Source: Octopus sinensis (taxonomy: Eukaryota). From it: DNA of 64,000 bases. The translations under genes and the position numbers were made by a program. Positions 13,550-26,565 of this stretch are shown piece after piece (within the stretch, counting starts at the first letter, position 1; each line of letters opens with the position of its first letter). The stretch is from the NCBI RefSeq assembly GCF_006345805.1, contig NC_043001.1, forward strand, positions 97,092,001 through 97,156,000, in the 5' to 3' direction. The notes under the pieces are model-generated. The model ran no database searches and was not told the origin of the DNA. It was given only the letters and a program-made list of their open reading frames with translations.

Positions 13550-15692
13550 TAATGATACAAACTTCACAGCTTACATATTTAATGTCTCATTTTCCCTAAG
13601 GATTGATCTTAATATTCAATAAATCTTATTTAACAAATCAGAAATTAAGTTTATGTGTGACTTAAAAAAAAAAATTAAAAAAAAATCTTTTATAGTTTTT
13701 CTTATATTTGGAAAAACAGAAAAAGAGCAGACATTTCCACTACTGAAACATTCACCAAGTAATATTTACTCTTCAACCAGAATCATTTGTCATCCCACTA
13801 TACTTGCAGCAGTGGAGGGATTCATCGTCCAAGGATTATTGGTCAAGTAAACAATCTAATAAAGGTTGATTATGTCATAATTTTTCAGTTTCAATAGATT
13901 TTGTTTTAGCTTATTTTTTTCACATTTCATCGGAAGAACAGAAAATAAAATAAAAATATTATGAATCTATTTTTCACATAGATTTCTTCCTCATTCTTCA
14001 CAGTTATTTTTCTTCTTAATATAAGTTTATTTAAATTTTAATGCATGTTGTTTTATTTAATTGTTGTGGTTGTGTGTTTGATTTTGATGGGGTTTTATAA
14101 TGTTATTTTTCCAATTTTTTTTACAATAAAAAGAAATTAAAATACTTGGTCTACGAAAATCTTCGAAGTTTTTGTTATATTTTTGTTCCACGAATATCTT
14201 GAGCCTCAAAATATTCTCTTTTTCCTTCATTTTCAATGATATCGTTATGTCTTCCTTCCTATAATATACACATGTTTTTTCTTCTTCCTTTCTTCTTTTG
14301 GTTCGAAGACGTAACATAACAAGTACGTAATAAAAATTAAAATCATTGTGTCCTTATGCCATGAATTTGGTCAGCCATTTTAGAAGCATTCTTAAATGTA
14401 ACCCTAATATTTATGCCCCTGCTTTCTCATACTTCGGTCCCTTTTGTTCAACTCCCCTTTGAAATATCTGCTGCAGCAGTTTACAGGGTTATTGTTGCTT
14501 TCTTTTCCGCCTCTTCCTCCTTTTCCACATCGTCATTAAGCGATTGTTTCCTACATCTGGTCTGTAATAAACAAGCAGCAATGACGATGGCAATATTTTG
14601 CTGACAATTCTCTTCTTTCGTTCGTCTCTCTCTTTCGAGCAAATTTCATTTTAGCTTTCCAGATGGTGTCACCAATCTATTATATATATTTTTTTTTTTT
14701 TTTATTGCATTGAATTGTTGTTATCTGGAATGTCCTAGGTCCGATTTATTTTGTTTGCACTATTATCATTATTATTACTATCATCATCATCATCATTTAC
14801 TACAGCAATCAAATAAGTACAACCGATTAGATAAAAAAAAAAATCAGTGGTGGGTAATTTAGAAAAAAAAAAAAACAAACAAAAGAAAAAGAATCGTAAA
14901 ATAATACAATGTAGAAGGGTTTGAAAAAATAACGAAGCAAAACAAATGGATTTACTGTTTATATATTCCTATATATGATTTGTTTCAGACTTTCGCTGCC
15001 GGAGTCAAGAACGTTTTTGTTTTGAGATGATAGCTGTAGACTGGAAATGACTACTAACGAATGTTAAATGCAATAATTTGACTGGCTGAATGAATAGGCT
15101 TCGTTATATTAATATATATATATACATATACATATATATATATACATATATACATAATTGTCCAATTCAACCTTCCCACATAGCTTATATAGATTTGCAT
15201 GGAAATGTTGAATATTCAGAATTCAGTTCTTTTCAATATTTTGCTTAGTTTATTAATATCAAGATTTTATTGAAATCAAATCTGATATGGCGTTCATTTT
15301 TAGCAATTAACGCTGTCGTAATAATGTTGCATTTTTTTCCGATAATTAAAGAAAATATAATAGGTTGTCGCTGTTATTATCATCGTTGTTCATTTTTATA
15401 TTTCTTCCATTTTCAGACAATCCAGAGTATTGTAATTATTATGATTTAGATTGTTTATTTTGTATTTTCTTTTTTTTTTTTTTTTTTATTGTTTTCATTC
15501 ATTCAAACTATTAAAAATATTCTTGTTTGTTTTTAACTTTATAATAACAGAAAATAGGACCTCGGGATTCGTCAAAATATTGGAACTTGGTCAAAAACCA
15601 TCAAAAGAGACTTCAGTAGAACAACATGTTATTTCTGGAGAGGAGACTGTAGAGTTACTTTAAATATTTCAAGCAATAAACGAACAATTTCT

Positions 15693-16258
15693 TTACGTCT
15701 TCGATGAACTGGCCACGGAGCTTACCGGATCACCAGGTCGGATTGACGGCGTGTAATAGTACGGCGAATTGTTAATAGGATATCTGACCCATGGTTCGCT
15801 ATACGAGTAGGAGCCGTACGCTGGGGCAGCACCGTAATTATTGGCATAGTCATTTGCTTGAATATTTCCATTGTAACCAGTAGGAGCAACTTGGACTAAT
15901 GGGGATACTCCAACGGGTGAACTGGAATAGATTTGACTCGAGCTGTAGGTAGTTGCTGGAGCAACAGGAGGGCTGTAATTGGAACCTGTGTGTGCTTCAA
16001 CACCGCCGCCGGGTGATGTCAAGGACCCAGGTAATGGTATTTCTTGTTTGATACTTTGATATTCTTTTTGTCCATCGTTTGCTGAGGTATTTGTGACAAA
16101 AGTGTTGAAAGGTGCTGGATAAACCGAATAATTCTGGCCGTTTGAGTTCAATTCTCTTGAGCTTGCGTCAATACGAGAGAGTTTAGTTGGTACTATATGA
16201 TGTTCTGGAGAGTATATCATCTGCTGGTCGTTTTGTGCGTCTGTTCGATTTTCCACGT
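15693..16258 (-). CDS. Pax2/5/8: Terminal coding exon of a Pax2/5/8-family transcription factor (Pro/Ser/Tyr-rich transactivation domain)
   Basis: ORF 15693..16277 (-) is non-repetitive and P/S/T/Y-rich. It ends ...YGSYSYSEPWVRYPINNSPYYYTPSIRP...*, matching the Pax2/5/8 C-terminal signature Y-x-E-x-W-(x)-R...SPYYY. An in-frame TAA lies 24 nt upstream of the GTG at 16277, so this is a spliced exon. Best acceptor by eye is CATACAG|AC at 16258 (phase 1); a weaker GGGAG| at 16286 is possible. No paired-domain exon was seen in the window. Confidence 0.75.
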
Positions 16259-16362
16259 CTGTATGGCCATTTGGCACAGAAAGGTTCTCCCACGCAGTTT
16301 AAATGGAAGGAGAAAGAATAAGGGCGAGTATTCAGACACTGTGGAGCCAGCAATATTACGAT

Positions 16363-16393
<31 letters not shown>

Positions 16394-16396
16394 TCT

Positions 16397-16438
<42 letters not shown>

Positions 16439-17062
16439 ATTATATATATATATATATTATATATATATATATATATACCATGTACGTATGTATATACATG
16501 TATGCATATACATATATATGTATATGTATGTATATACATATAAATATACATCTCTCTCTTCTCCACCCTTTGTTGCCGTCGTCCCTCTTTCTCTCTCTTT
16601 CTTTTCTCTTTCTTCTGTCACGTGACCGCTGGTCAAAATCAGCCGTTTGGCCTTCGACCGCTGCCGTGAACACAACTGTTGTCTTCGTCTGCCGATAAAG
16701 GCATTTTTCAAAATACGCCAGCTAAACTTGTACTGTTTATTAGTCGAAAGACACGCGCTGTTTTTGTCCTGTTTTTACCATTATTGTTTTTTGCATTTTA
16801 TATTCGTGTGGCATCGTCCGGTTTTTCTGTCCCTGTTTCGTATACATTCGATCCTTCTTCCAAGAAATCTAATGCTCGTAGATTAGTTTTTCCTTGGGGC
16901 TGGCCCGATCGGAGCGATCTCAAGATTAATCAGCCGAAATTGCTACGATGATCCGGTTCTTGACTGAAGATTGAAGACTTCGAACGTCCCGTCCGTGTTT
17001 TTTGTATCGTCTTCTAAATGTTTTACGTTCTTGTCCCAGTTTGTATTTTTCTACATGAAATA

Positions 17063-17122
<60 letters not shown>

Positions 17123-17137
17123 CATACACACACACAC

Positions 17138-17174
<37 letters not shown>

Positions 17175-19317
17175 TGTGTGTGTCTTTGTGTCTGTTTTTA
17201 TCCCCGCCATCACTGATAACTGGTGTTCGTGTGTTTACGTCCCCGTAACTTAACGTTTTGCCAAACGAAACTGATAGAATAATTACTAGTGTTTTAAAAA
17301 ACAATTGCTCATGTCGAAGATCACTGTATATTCTACCAAGTCTTGCCTTTTTGCGAGTGTCTAGTATTTTTCTTTACAAATGTATGTACTGGTGTGTATG
17401 CATGTATGTATGTAAGCATGCTTGCGTGTGTATGTATGTTTGTATGTATGTATGTATGTATGTATGTATGTATGTATGTATGTATGTATGTATGTATGTA
17501 TGTATGCGTGTATGTATATTATAGGTATGTATGAATGCACGCGTACTTGTATGTACGTCTGTGATTGTGCGTGTGCAAATGCATTTGCGTGAGTGTATGC
17601 GAGTACGTTCACTTTGGAATAATTTTGTGTTTCATCGTGCATTTTGTAATGGTTTCTAAGAATTAGATACAAGCATAAGTGCTGCAAGTTTATAAACCTG
17701 AAGATTACATTCTCTTTCTCTCTATCTCTCAAACTCTCTCACTCTCTCGTTCTCTCACGCGCGCTCGTACTCTCTCTTTTTCTCTCTCTCGCCCTCCTTC
17801 TCTGCGCATTTCTTAGCGTCACATTCTAATAAAACAGAAACGAACAAACAAACAGACAAAGAAGCAATGTGAATGAAGAAATAAAGGGCTAATTAATTAT
17901 GTGATATTGACGATGAACTAACTTTTGATAACGATACATTAAACAGAGAACAGAACAACAAAAGAACAAAGAGCGAGAGTAAGTGAGAGAGATGGAGAGA
18001 GACAGAGAAATAACGCATGTTAGATAAAGGTGGAAAAGCATTGTATTGAATCAACAAAAGATTTGTTCTATAATAAGCAATTAGAGGCTATCTTTTTTCT
18101 TAGCGGCTGTTGTTGACGCATATGCAATTGTCTGTCTAATTCCGGTTTATCCCTTCACAGAGGAATTTTATATCCGCCATACGCAGTACATTAAGACTGC
18201 AAATTCATTTGAAAGGGGAAAATAAGAGGAAACATCAGCCAACAGAACAAAAGAAGAGATTATATCGTTACACACACATCATGTACGCAAACTTGTTTGT
18301 TGCTGGTTAGTACTTGGAAACAACTGGTAACCTCTCCTTTTCATGTCAAAACCGAGGCCAACTTCGCAACGAGTAAAAGTAATTTTTCTATGTTTGTTTA
18401 TAAGTATTTGAAAATTGCTTTCTTCTCGCTAATTCAAGACGTTATATAATAGTAATGTACTCCAAGAAATAAACAATTCTTAACGAAATTGTTCTTTTTA
18501 CTATAGAAAGAAGGCCTGTATTTGTGGTGATTACACCGATTACACCGCCTCCATTTCTCAGCTGGCAGTTTTTCCATCGAACCAAATAAGTGGATAGCAA
18601 ATTCCACCTCGGTGTCATTTGGCCTTAGAAAGTATAAATCGGAAAAAATGCCACTCACCATTTTGTCCGGCTTAAGGGAGTTAATTAAAGAAACATTATT
18701 TATTCTGACGAAAATATAGTAAGAATGATACGGTGGTGGTGTACGATGAATCTGATCTCATATCATCTCAGTAGTATTATTCCTGGGTATTACTGTAATA
18801 ACTATTAGTCGCTTCAGCCATTGGTCTGATGGCAGTGTGAGGTACGATCGTGAAGATTTTAGTCGAACAAATCGACCATAGACTTTATTTTAAAATCTGG
18901 TACTTATTTTAACTTTGTTTTTGTCGAACCACTATGATACAGACACGTAAGTAAACCAAAACTAATTGTCACTTGGTAGTGGGGACAAACAGAATCAGAA
19001 AGACACACACATCTATGTATACAAGTTTCCACATAGTTGCTCTCTACAAAATTTACTCCCAAGGTATTTTCGACTCAGGATTATAGTAGAAGTCACTCCA
19101 GGCGCAATAATACTAAACCTAGAACCAAGCATTTGCAAAGCGATTTCCGTAACCGCATTGGACCATGCTTGCATTATCTTAGAATAAATTCGGATTAGAA
19201 GCTTTTATTTCTAAACCTAGGTTTATAACGCTCTTATCTACTATAACTCAGTGGTATAATGGATAAAAGAACAATGCCATTTTACTCAGTTACTGGTGTT
19301 TGAATAACGTTTATTAT

Positions 19318-19544
19318 TTCTTTATTGCCCACAAGGGAGTAAACATAGCGGGTCAGACAAGGACAGACAAAGGGATTAAGTCGATTATATCGACTCCAGT
19401 GCGTAACTGGTACTTTATGTATCGACCCCGAAAGGATGAAAGGCAAAGTCGACCTTGGCGGAATTTGAACTCAGAACATAAAAACAGACGAAATGCCGCT
19501 AAACACTTCCTCCAGCATACTAACGTTTCTGCCAGCTCGCCGCC
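19318..19544 (-). mobile_element. SINE family B; further copies at 20630-20880(-), 32560-32765(+), 35084-35285(+), 53320-53501(-), 53966-54198(-)
   Basis: Alignable to 41495-41722 by eye. Confidence 0.88.
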
Positions 19545-19799
19545 TTAAAATAGAATAACGTTTATGGTCTGACTAGACGTCCACTGGATCATACAGCTGT
19601 ATCTTGGAACCTATATCATGTCATGTGGTTTCACATTTTCTCTAGGATCCAAATAATTTCACTACTTTCTTTCTCTTTCTCTCTAACCTTTGTTCAAATC
19701 GAAGAGGAAATAAGATTATTTTGTTTACGTTCAAGTGTAGATGGGTGATGTTTGAGAAAATTATGTCCCATCAGTGTTTAGTACAAGGTTTAGCAACCG

Positions 19800-20200
19800 T
19801 ATGAAGATCTTGGCTGTGTAGATCATTGTCCTGCCTAGAATGGTATACAGAGGAGAAACTTGAAAAATGACGACAAAGGTAACTCAGAGGTGAAATGCAT
19901 TTCAGCCATGTAGAATACTCAAAATCACTTACAGGGACAGAATCTGAAACTCTGAAGTCCCGAGAATTGCAGATCTACCAAGTCAGCGAGTGATTGTGGT
20001 TGAAAGAAAAATGAAATTTACAAGTCACGATTTTTGAGGAACAAACCCTGAAGAGTTGTAAATAGTTTACTTACCATCAGATGGATGAAAGAAAGAGGGA
20101 CCCTAAAGAACACATCGGGCACCACATTCATTTAAAACCTGAAACAATTGTATATTACAAAGGAAGAATCAGGCGTCGAGGCTTAAACACTTGATTGTCA
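19800..20200 (+). mobile_element. Old RTE LINE remnant
   Basis: IVLPRMVYRGET*KMTTKVTQR*NAFQPCRILKITYRDRI*NSEV matches the RTE post-RT consensus (VLLYGCETW...RCLRRILKI.W.DRI.NEEV), with many stops. Confidence 0.65.
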
Positions 20201-21560
20201 GAGATCACTTGCTTCCACGTGGACATGCTATGTACGGGAGGAATTCTGACTAAGAAATGTTGACATGTGACCATATACAATATTAAGAAACCGATATATA
20301 TAATGGGGGTAATTGTGAAGCAATGAATCTATACACGTTAGGATATAGTTTAATTGGTGACTAGGCAAATTATATCTCAATGTAATTTAGTTCTAAGCCA
20401 CATACTTCTAGCAATTTCCTTGCCCTGAACAAAATTTGTTTAATATCTGTTATTGCAACGGAGTAACACTGTGACAAGAAGTTGTTTTATTCCAATCATA
20501 TCCTATCCTAGTAAATTTGAATCGTATATTACAAACCGAATTGTTTATTCATTTCAAATACAGGCACTGGCAAAGCTCTATGGTAAGAGGTTCGCTTGGC
20601 ATACACAGGGTTTCTGGTTCAGTCCCAGATTTTGTGTTTGTATCTGTCCTCTTATTTATTGCTCACAAGGGACTAAGCGAAGAGGGGACAAACAAGGACA
20701 GAGAAAGGGATTAAGTCGATTACATCGACCCCAGTGTGTAACTAGTACTTATTTTATCGACCCTGAAATGAACAAAGGGAAAGTCGACCTCGGCGGAATT
20801 TGAACTCAGAACGTAACGGCAGACGAAATACCGCTAAGCATTTCGTCCGGCGTGCTAACGATTCTGCCAGCTCACCGCCGTCTCCATCACTTTATCTGTC
20901 CCCATCACGTTATTACCAGTATTGGTTTGTTTATTTTTCCTTGAATGATAAGCTCAGTAAAAGAGAGCTATAGAATAAGTATTGGGATCGCTTTGTTCAA
21001 GTAAAACCATCGACGTTACTCAAGCATGGCCGCGGTTCAACGAATGAAAGAAATAAATGATAGAAGATAGACGAGTGAGGGTTTTACTGGATGCTTTGAA
21101 TATTAACGACGCATCGAAAAACTATATTTCTCGGAGACTAATCGTACAAGTTGTGGAAGAATGTACATTAGAATCAGATCTACAAAACGTTCTAACATGA
21201 GAGGATATTCGCCAGATCTCTTAAAATATTCAAGACCTGGTTGGATAATGTGTTTCTTGATAAATCCTCTTGATAAGCCTTCTTGAAAGGACATTTACAG
21301 CTGGATTGTATGTTGATGTATATTGATATATAAAGACAGACGACATGCAGCTGAGCATTTTGAGCAGCATGTTAATCATTCTGTTAGATCCACGCCTTGG
21401 TAATTACAGTAGCAATGCTTAGTGATAATTGCTCAAAAGATAGAAACGCATGTGTTAACCTATGAAGTGTCACCATGAAATATATGATAATTGCATTAGA
21501 AACACTCGCGGCCAAATACACACGCACACTCACACAAGGACAAACGACCACATATGTATA

Positions 21561-21905
21561 GGTGTAGGAATGGCTGTGTGGTAAGTATCTTGCTTACGAA
21601 TCACATGGTTCCGGGTTCAGTCTTCTCCTATAGCCTCGGGTGAGTGGATTTGGTAGACGGAAATGAAAGAAACCCGCCGTATATATGTTTATATATATAT
21701 GTATGTGTGTGTATATGTTTGTGTGTCTGTGTTTGTCCTCCTAGCATCGCTTGACAACCGATGGTGGTGTGTGTACGTCGCCGCGGTTCGGCAAAAGAGA
21801 CCAATAGAATAAGTACTAGGCTTACAAAGAATAAGTCCAGGGGTCGATTTGCTCGACTAAAGGCGGTTCACCAGCATGGCCACAGTCAAATGACTGAAAC
21901 AAATA
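21561..21905 (+). mobile_element. SINE family A
   Basis: Same head and tail as 58995-59392, with an internal deletion. Confidence 0.88.
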
Positions 21906-23064
21906 AAATTGTAAAAGAGTATATAAAACCACTTAATCACACGCCTGATCTAGGGTGGACCTAGGATAAAGACGATTGAAATGTAGAAATAATTGAAAAA
22001 TATTAAAAATATTAATCAAGCAGTGGTTCTATTTAGCTTCATGTTAGATTAATGAGGGGCCTACGTTACAGCGGTTCCATATAGGTCTGTGACCTAATGC
22101 CACTACATATAGACTTGCAATTATTTTTGAAATAACCAGACGTTTTATTAAGAGATAATCTCCTTGCTATGTAATACAGCAATATAAACTTGAACTACCA
22201 TTGAAGCAATTTCATTTCACTTACGCAATTAAAACTTAACAGAAAGATAAGAAGCTTAAAATATACTACTTTCTCTCTAATATGGTAGAAGATTGCGTCT
22301 CGTCGATACAATATATCTTAGCTAATAACTAAATTATTATATTAATATAATATACTATTCACTTAAGTTTATATGTTATTCATTAATTGAACACAAACCA
22401 AAAACAAATTATGACATTATATAATAATATATTTTAAAAGACTGGATGGCTTTGCCAAATGTATATTTTATGCATTCAATTAAAAAGCCAAATTGTGGTA
22501 GTATTTGTTTGTCCATTATAAATGTGAAAGTATGAAAACTCGTCTATATACACAATTGGCTGTGACTGGTCTGTTTATACACACATAGGCACAAATAAAT
22601 AAATACATGCATACACACACATACGCGCATATATATATTTATATATAAATATAAATGAAGTTAAACACAGGTGTTATTCAAATTCTTTTACTTCCGACAC
22701 ATGCCTCGAAGATATCACTGGTATTATTCCAAAGGAGTAAAATGGTGCAAAACAATGTAATTTCCTCTTCAGAGAAGTGAAGAAATGAAACTTGTCAATA
22801 AGACATTTTAAAAGAAAATGATGGATATGTATAGTGATTAACTGATCGCTATTAAGATTGTTCAAAAAAACGTTATAGTATATAACGCCAAATGTAGCCT
22901 ATGGAAAAACTATATTATACAAAATGTTTTACGTACACCCGAAGGTTCTACCTTTAAAAACAAGGAGTTACAACCTTTTTCCTTGTGTGATTCTTTGCTA
23001 CACTGGTAACTATTTATATATTTTCCGTGTTAATTATTAAGAAGGGAAAAGAAGCACATCTATA

Positions 23065-23133
<69 letters not shown>

Positions 23134-23192
23134 AACATTATTGGTGAATTGAAGAAATGGAGCTGAACGCAGATTGAACAGAAATCGTTTTA

Positions 23193-23282
23193 TTTCATTC
23201 TACACGTGTTTCGAAAGGCACAAATTACCAAAATCCGATTGAATAATGGGACCATATTGTGTCTTTCTCTTCAGGAAGAAAA
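23193..23282 (-). ncRNA. Type-I minimal hammerhead ribozyme in the 3' pLTR (sense to the PLE ORF)
   Basis: Reverse complement of the 27094-27183 motif; TCTTCAG at 23268-23274 and TACACGTGTTTCG at 23201-23213. Confidence 0.8.
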
Positions 23283-23878
23283 AAGGAAATCCGCTGGAAA
23301 AACAAAAACAGAACAGAGGCTGAGCAAAAACAAATCGAACTATGCTCCTAAGAGCCCATGGCGAAACTGTTTATCAGTGTATGTTGAGAAACCGGTGGCT
23401 GAAGAATTCAACGGGTCAGGCATCGGTCAATCATGTGGGTGAGGGTGTATAGATGTTCTTTGTGACCGAGCATAAAGTTCTGACTATTTAAGGAATATTG
23501 GATGTTTTATAAGGGGCGAGAAAAAATCTACTTAGAGACGTGTGTGTGTGTATACTGTTCTATATATGTGTGTGTTGGCGTAGGGGTAGAAAACATTTTT
23601 TGTGTACGTGTGTGCGTTTGATCGTTCGGCTGTCAGTGGCTACTGCCGTGATAACCGTTGGGTGGCAGAAAGAAAAAAAATATATATATATTATGTTTTA
23701 TGTGTGTGTGTGTGTTCATCTAAGCCTGCCTTGTCAAGGAAACCCCCCGCTGTGAAAAAACCAAGCCCCGTTTGTCTTACAGGAGTAATTCCCCTTGCAG
23801 TGGTTAATCGTAGATATCTTAAAGGCTATTTCAGAATTTGTTACCAAGGGCTATGGGTGCCGGTATTATTTATAAACG

Positions 23879-26565
23879 CTATTTAAAAGCCAGATAAGTG
23901 TAACGCCGCCAATGGGGGCATCGAAAAGCCGACTGTAAGAGCCCGTTTACCATCCGGCCTCTGGCAAACAAAATATGGAAGAGTTCGGAGACACAAAGGT
24001 TGCACTGTCTTCTGCCCCTATCAAATGGGAGGGCCACCGACAAAATTGACCATTCCAGCCTATAGCTTAAGTTCGTATCCTTCAGTCGCCATATTAGCTT
24101 ACTGAGTCCCGTGGTCTGGCGCTTGTTCACGTCCCGAAAAGTTGCGTAATGGTTGGAGACACGCAAAGACAATCTTGAGGATGATGCCCCTACATAAGTG
24201 AAGACATCTGAGTCCGTGTAAACCTTGCATTGGTAGACGGCGTTTTTGATCTTGGAGTTCGCCGACGTGAATCTTAATCTGCTAGGATTAGTTTCTGAAA
24301 TTAGAACTGCGTTCCTGTCACTATATTCGTTCCGAGACCTGCAGCCGCTTACTACTCTATTTTCCACTACGTCACTATTAACTATAGGAATAACCCCTGA
24401 TTCTCCACTATCTATCAGAGTGCTGTCATTGCTACTGCCCGTGGTGCTGCTATTGCGGGAAATGATGCTGGGGATGCTATTGGGGCTCTCTACCCTACTC
24501 CCATTGTTACCGTCAAACACAGCACCCCTATTTATAACTATACCCCTAGTGGGTACTCCCTGGCTGGAGCTGAGATTATGTGTCACTGTACTGGCTCTCA
24601 TATCATTATTACTACTATAATTATTCCTACTGAGCATTAAACCGGGAGCGGAAGAGGCTGTGCCTCCGGAAAAAGGTGATAGGGTCTTAGTAAGTAGCCT
24701 ATTATTATGGGAGGCGATTATCTGGGCGAGGTTTTTAGTGTTGGAGAAAGCTATCCTAACTTTATGCGAGTTAACCGTGGAGTAATATTTGGAATTTCTG
24801 GGGAAGTTATTGGCGATGGCTTGTCTAAACATGAGGGGGAGGTTAGTTCTAATCTGCTTACCAAAGGGGATTACAACCATATATGCTTATTCCTATCAGT
24901 GTGATGGGTCGGGACGCCAGCTCTCGCATTCGGGTGGGTGATTCTCGGATGAATGACGGGTCTTGGGTTAGTGTAAGACCTCCCGGACCGATAATTATCC
25001 TTGTTCGCTAAATTAAAAGCGGGAGCGACTACCCCGGCATCCGCCGCGCTCCCGTCCTTACTTAAAATGTTAATGTTATTATATACGGCCCTATCCTGAT
25101 GACCGAATGATGGCATCGGAAGGGCCGGATCAATATAAATTACCTTCTGCCTATAACCGGCCTTGGATAGTGCGGCGTTATAAAATTCCGCTTTCTGCAT
25201 AAAAATATCGGCACTGGCGGACAAGCCAGACAATCTTAGAGAGATGTTTTTAACCAAATTGTCTGTTACGGTTTTGGCATGATTTGAGAAGACACTGACA
25301 TACTTCAAATTAGTGGAAGGCTTATGGTAAGGGCAGTATGAGTCGCTATTAAGGTTAAGTGTAACGTCTAGGAAATTAGCCTTGGTGAGTTCATTATCAA
25401 AAACTATACTCATGCCCATTCTATTAAAAAACCTAGCTAACCTGCTCTTAGTTTTCTGCACTATTCTGTTCGTGGTGTTTTGCAGGTAAAACAGACAATC
25501 GTCACGATACAGGCCGCCCGCGATCTCCGGGAATTGGTCGGACAATTCGTAGAGAATATATATTCCGACCAAATCGGCTATCTGCGCACTATCCGAACTA
25601 CCCATAGGCACATCAAATTCATTGGGAGTATCTTTACGGATCCACAACTTATTATCAAACTTAATAAAACGATTTCCTGGCAACTAAAATGATATCTATC
25701 TCTTCTCTGGTGAGGCCAGCCTTGTTGTGAGCATGCCAGAGGGCCTTATTTAGCACACTAGGGTTAATCGAGGGGTAGAAGCTGGCGATATCAAACTGAA
25801 TGAACCTAGTACGGTTCTTATTGGGGATGGAAGAGAACCACTTCACTACCTGCGAGGAGTTGGCCAGAGGCTGAGCTTCAGCTTGTTTACTAAACTAGGG
25901 ATATATTTATCTAAAATGTACTTACTGATTATCCCGATATCAGATCTAGCAGGGCATATGAGTCTTAGCGCTGGGTTGGTGTGGAAGTTAGGTTTATGGT
26001 CCTTCACTATAAATCTGGGTTGCTTGGGGCTAAGCGGCTGAGTTCTCATTTGAATTCGGTGTTTAAATATTATTTCCTTAATTTCCAAGTTTACCTTCCT
26101 CAGGGTACTCCAATTGGTTTTTCTATAATTTTTCTTGATCTCTTTACCGAGTAAATCTAGGTACTGCTTAATGGGCATCTTGTATGTGTTCCTGGTCTTG
26201 TCGGACTGGACCAGGACTCCGTCCGTTCTATTAATGTCCTTGGTAATTTTATCTAGGTATCTGAGGTGGGCATTTCTCCTGGGTGACTTCCTGAACTTAA
26301 TCTTTCTAACTATGTCCCCACAGTCGTCCTCAAACTTCTTCAGTCTTGGGTTCGGTGGCGGCGTATCCAGTGTTTTAAAAAGCCGGCCGTATTCGGACGA
26401 TGCTGTTGTCCGGTTCGATTTTAGATCTTCGTTCTCGTGGAAGAAAATGAGCCATCTTATCCGGTTTATGAATGCGTTGGTTTTACAAACCAACTCCTTA
26501 AGGAAGGCATCCTTTGGTGGTATAGGGATATCCTTAAGGGACGCATCAATCTCGAACAACTCCAT
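23879..26565 (-). pseudogene. PLE polyprotein: reverse transcriptase plus GIY-YIG endonuclease (about 895 aa once three 1-nt frameshifts are repaired)
   Basis: Four ORF-track pieces join into one PLE protein: N-term SLKDIPIP...RIRW, DKT, KDHKPNF...RLICP, FDIASFYPS (motif A), VPMGS (B'), YRDD (C), FLDVTL, then VYQCKV...YVG...RVSNH and CNLCVSE...RCPH (GIY-YIG). Frameshifts fall near 25868, 25666-25669 (A4 run) and 24866-24870 (G4 run). There are no other internal stops. Confidence 0.92.

Noticed and set aside
24886-25143. PLE thumb expansion as a retained intron (AG|GTAATT donor)
   Set aside because: It is stop-free and in frame, and splicing it out would remove conserved-looking VIY residues; there is no polypyrimidine acceptor.
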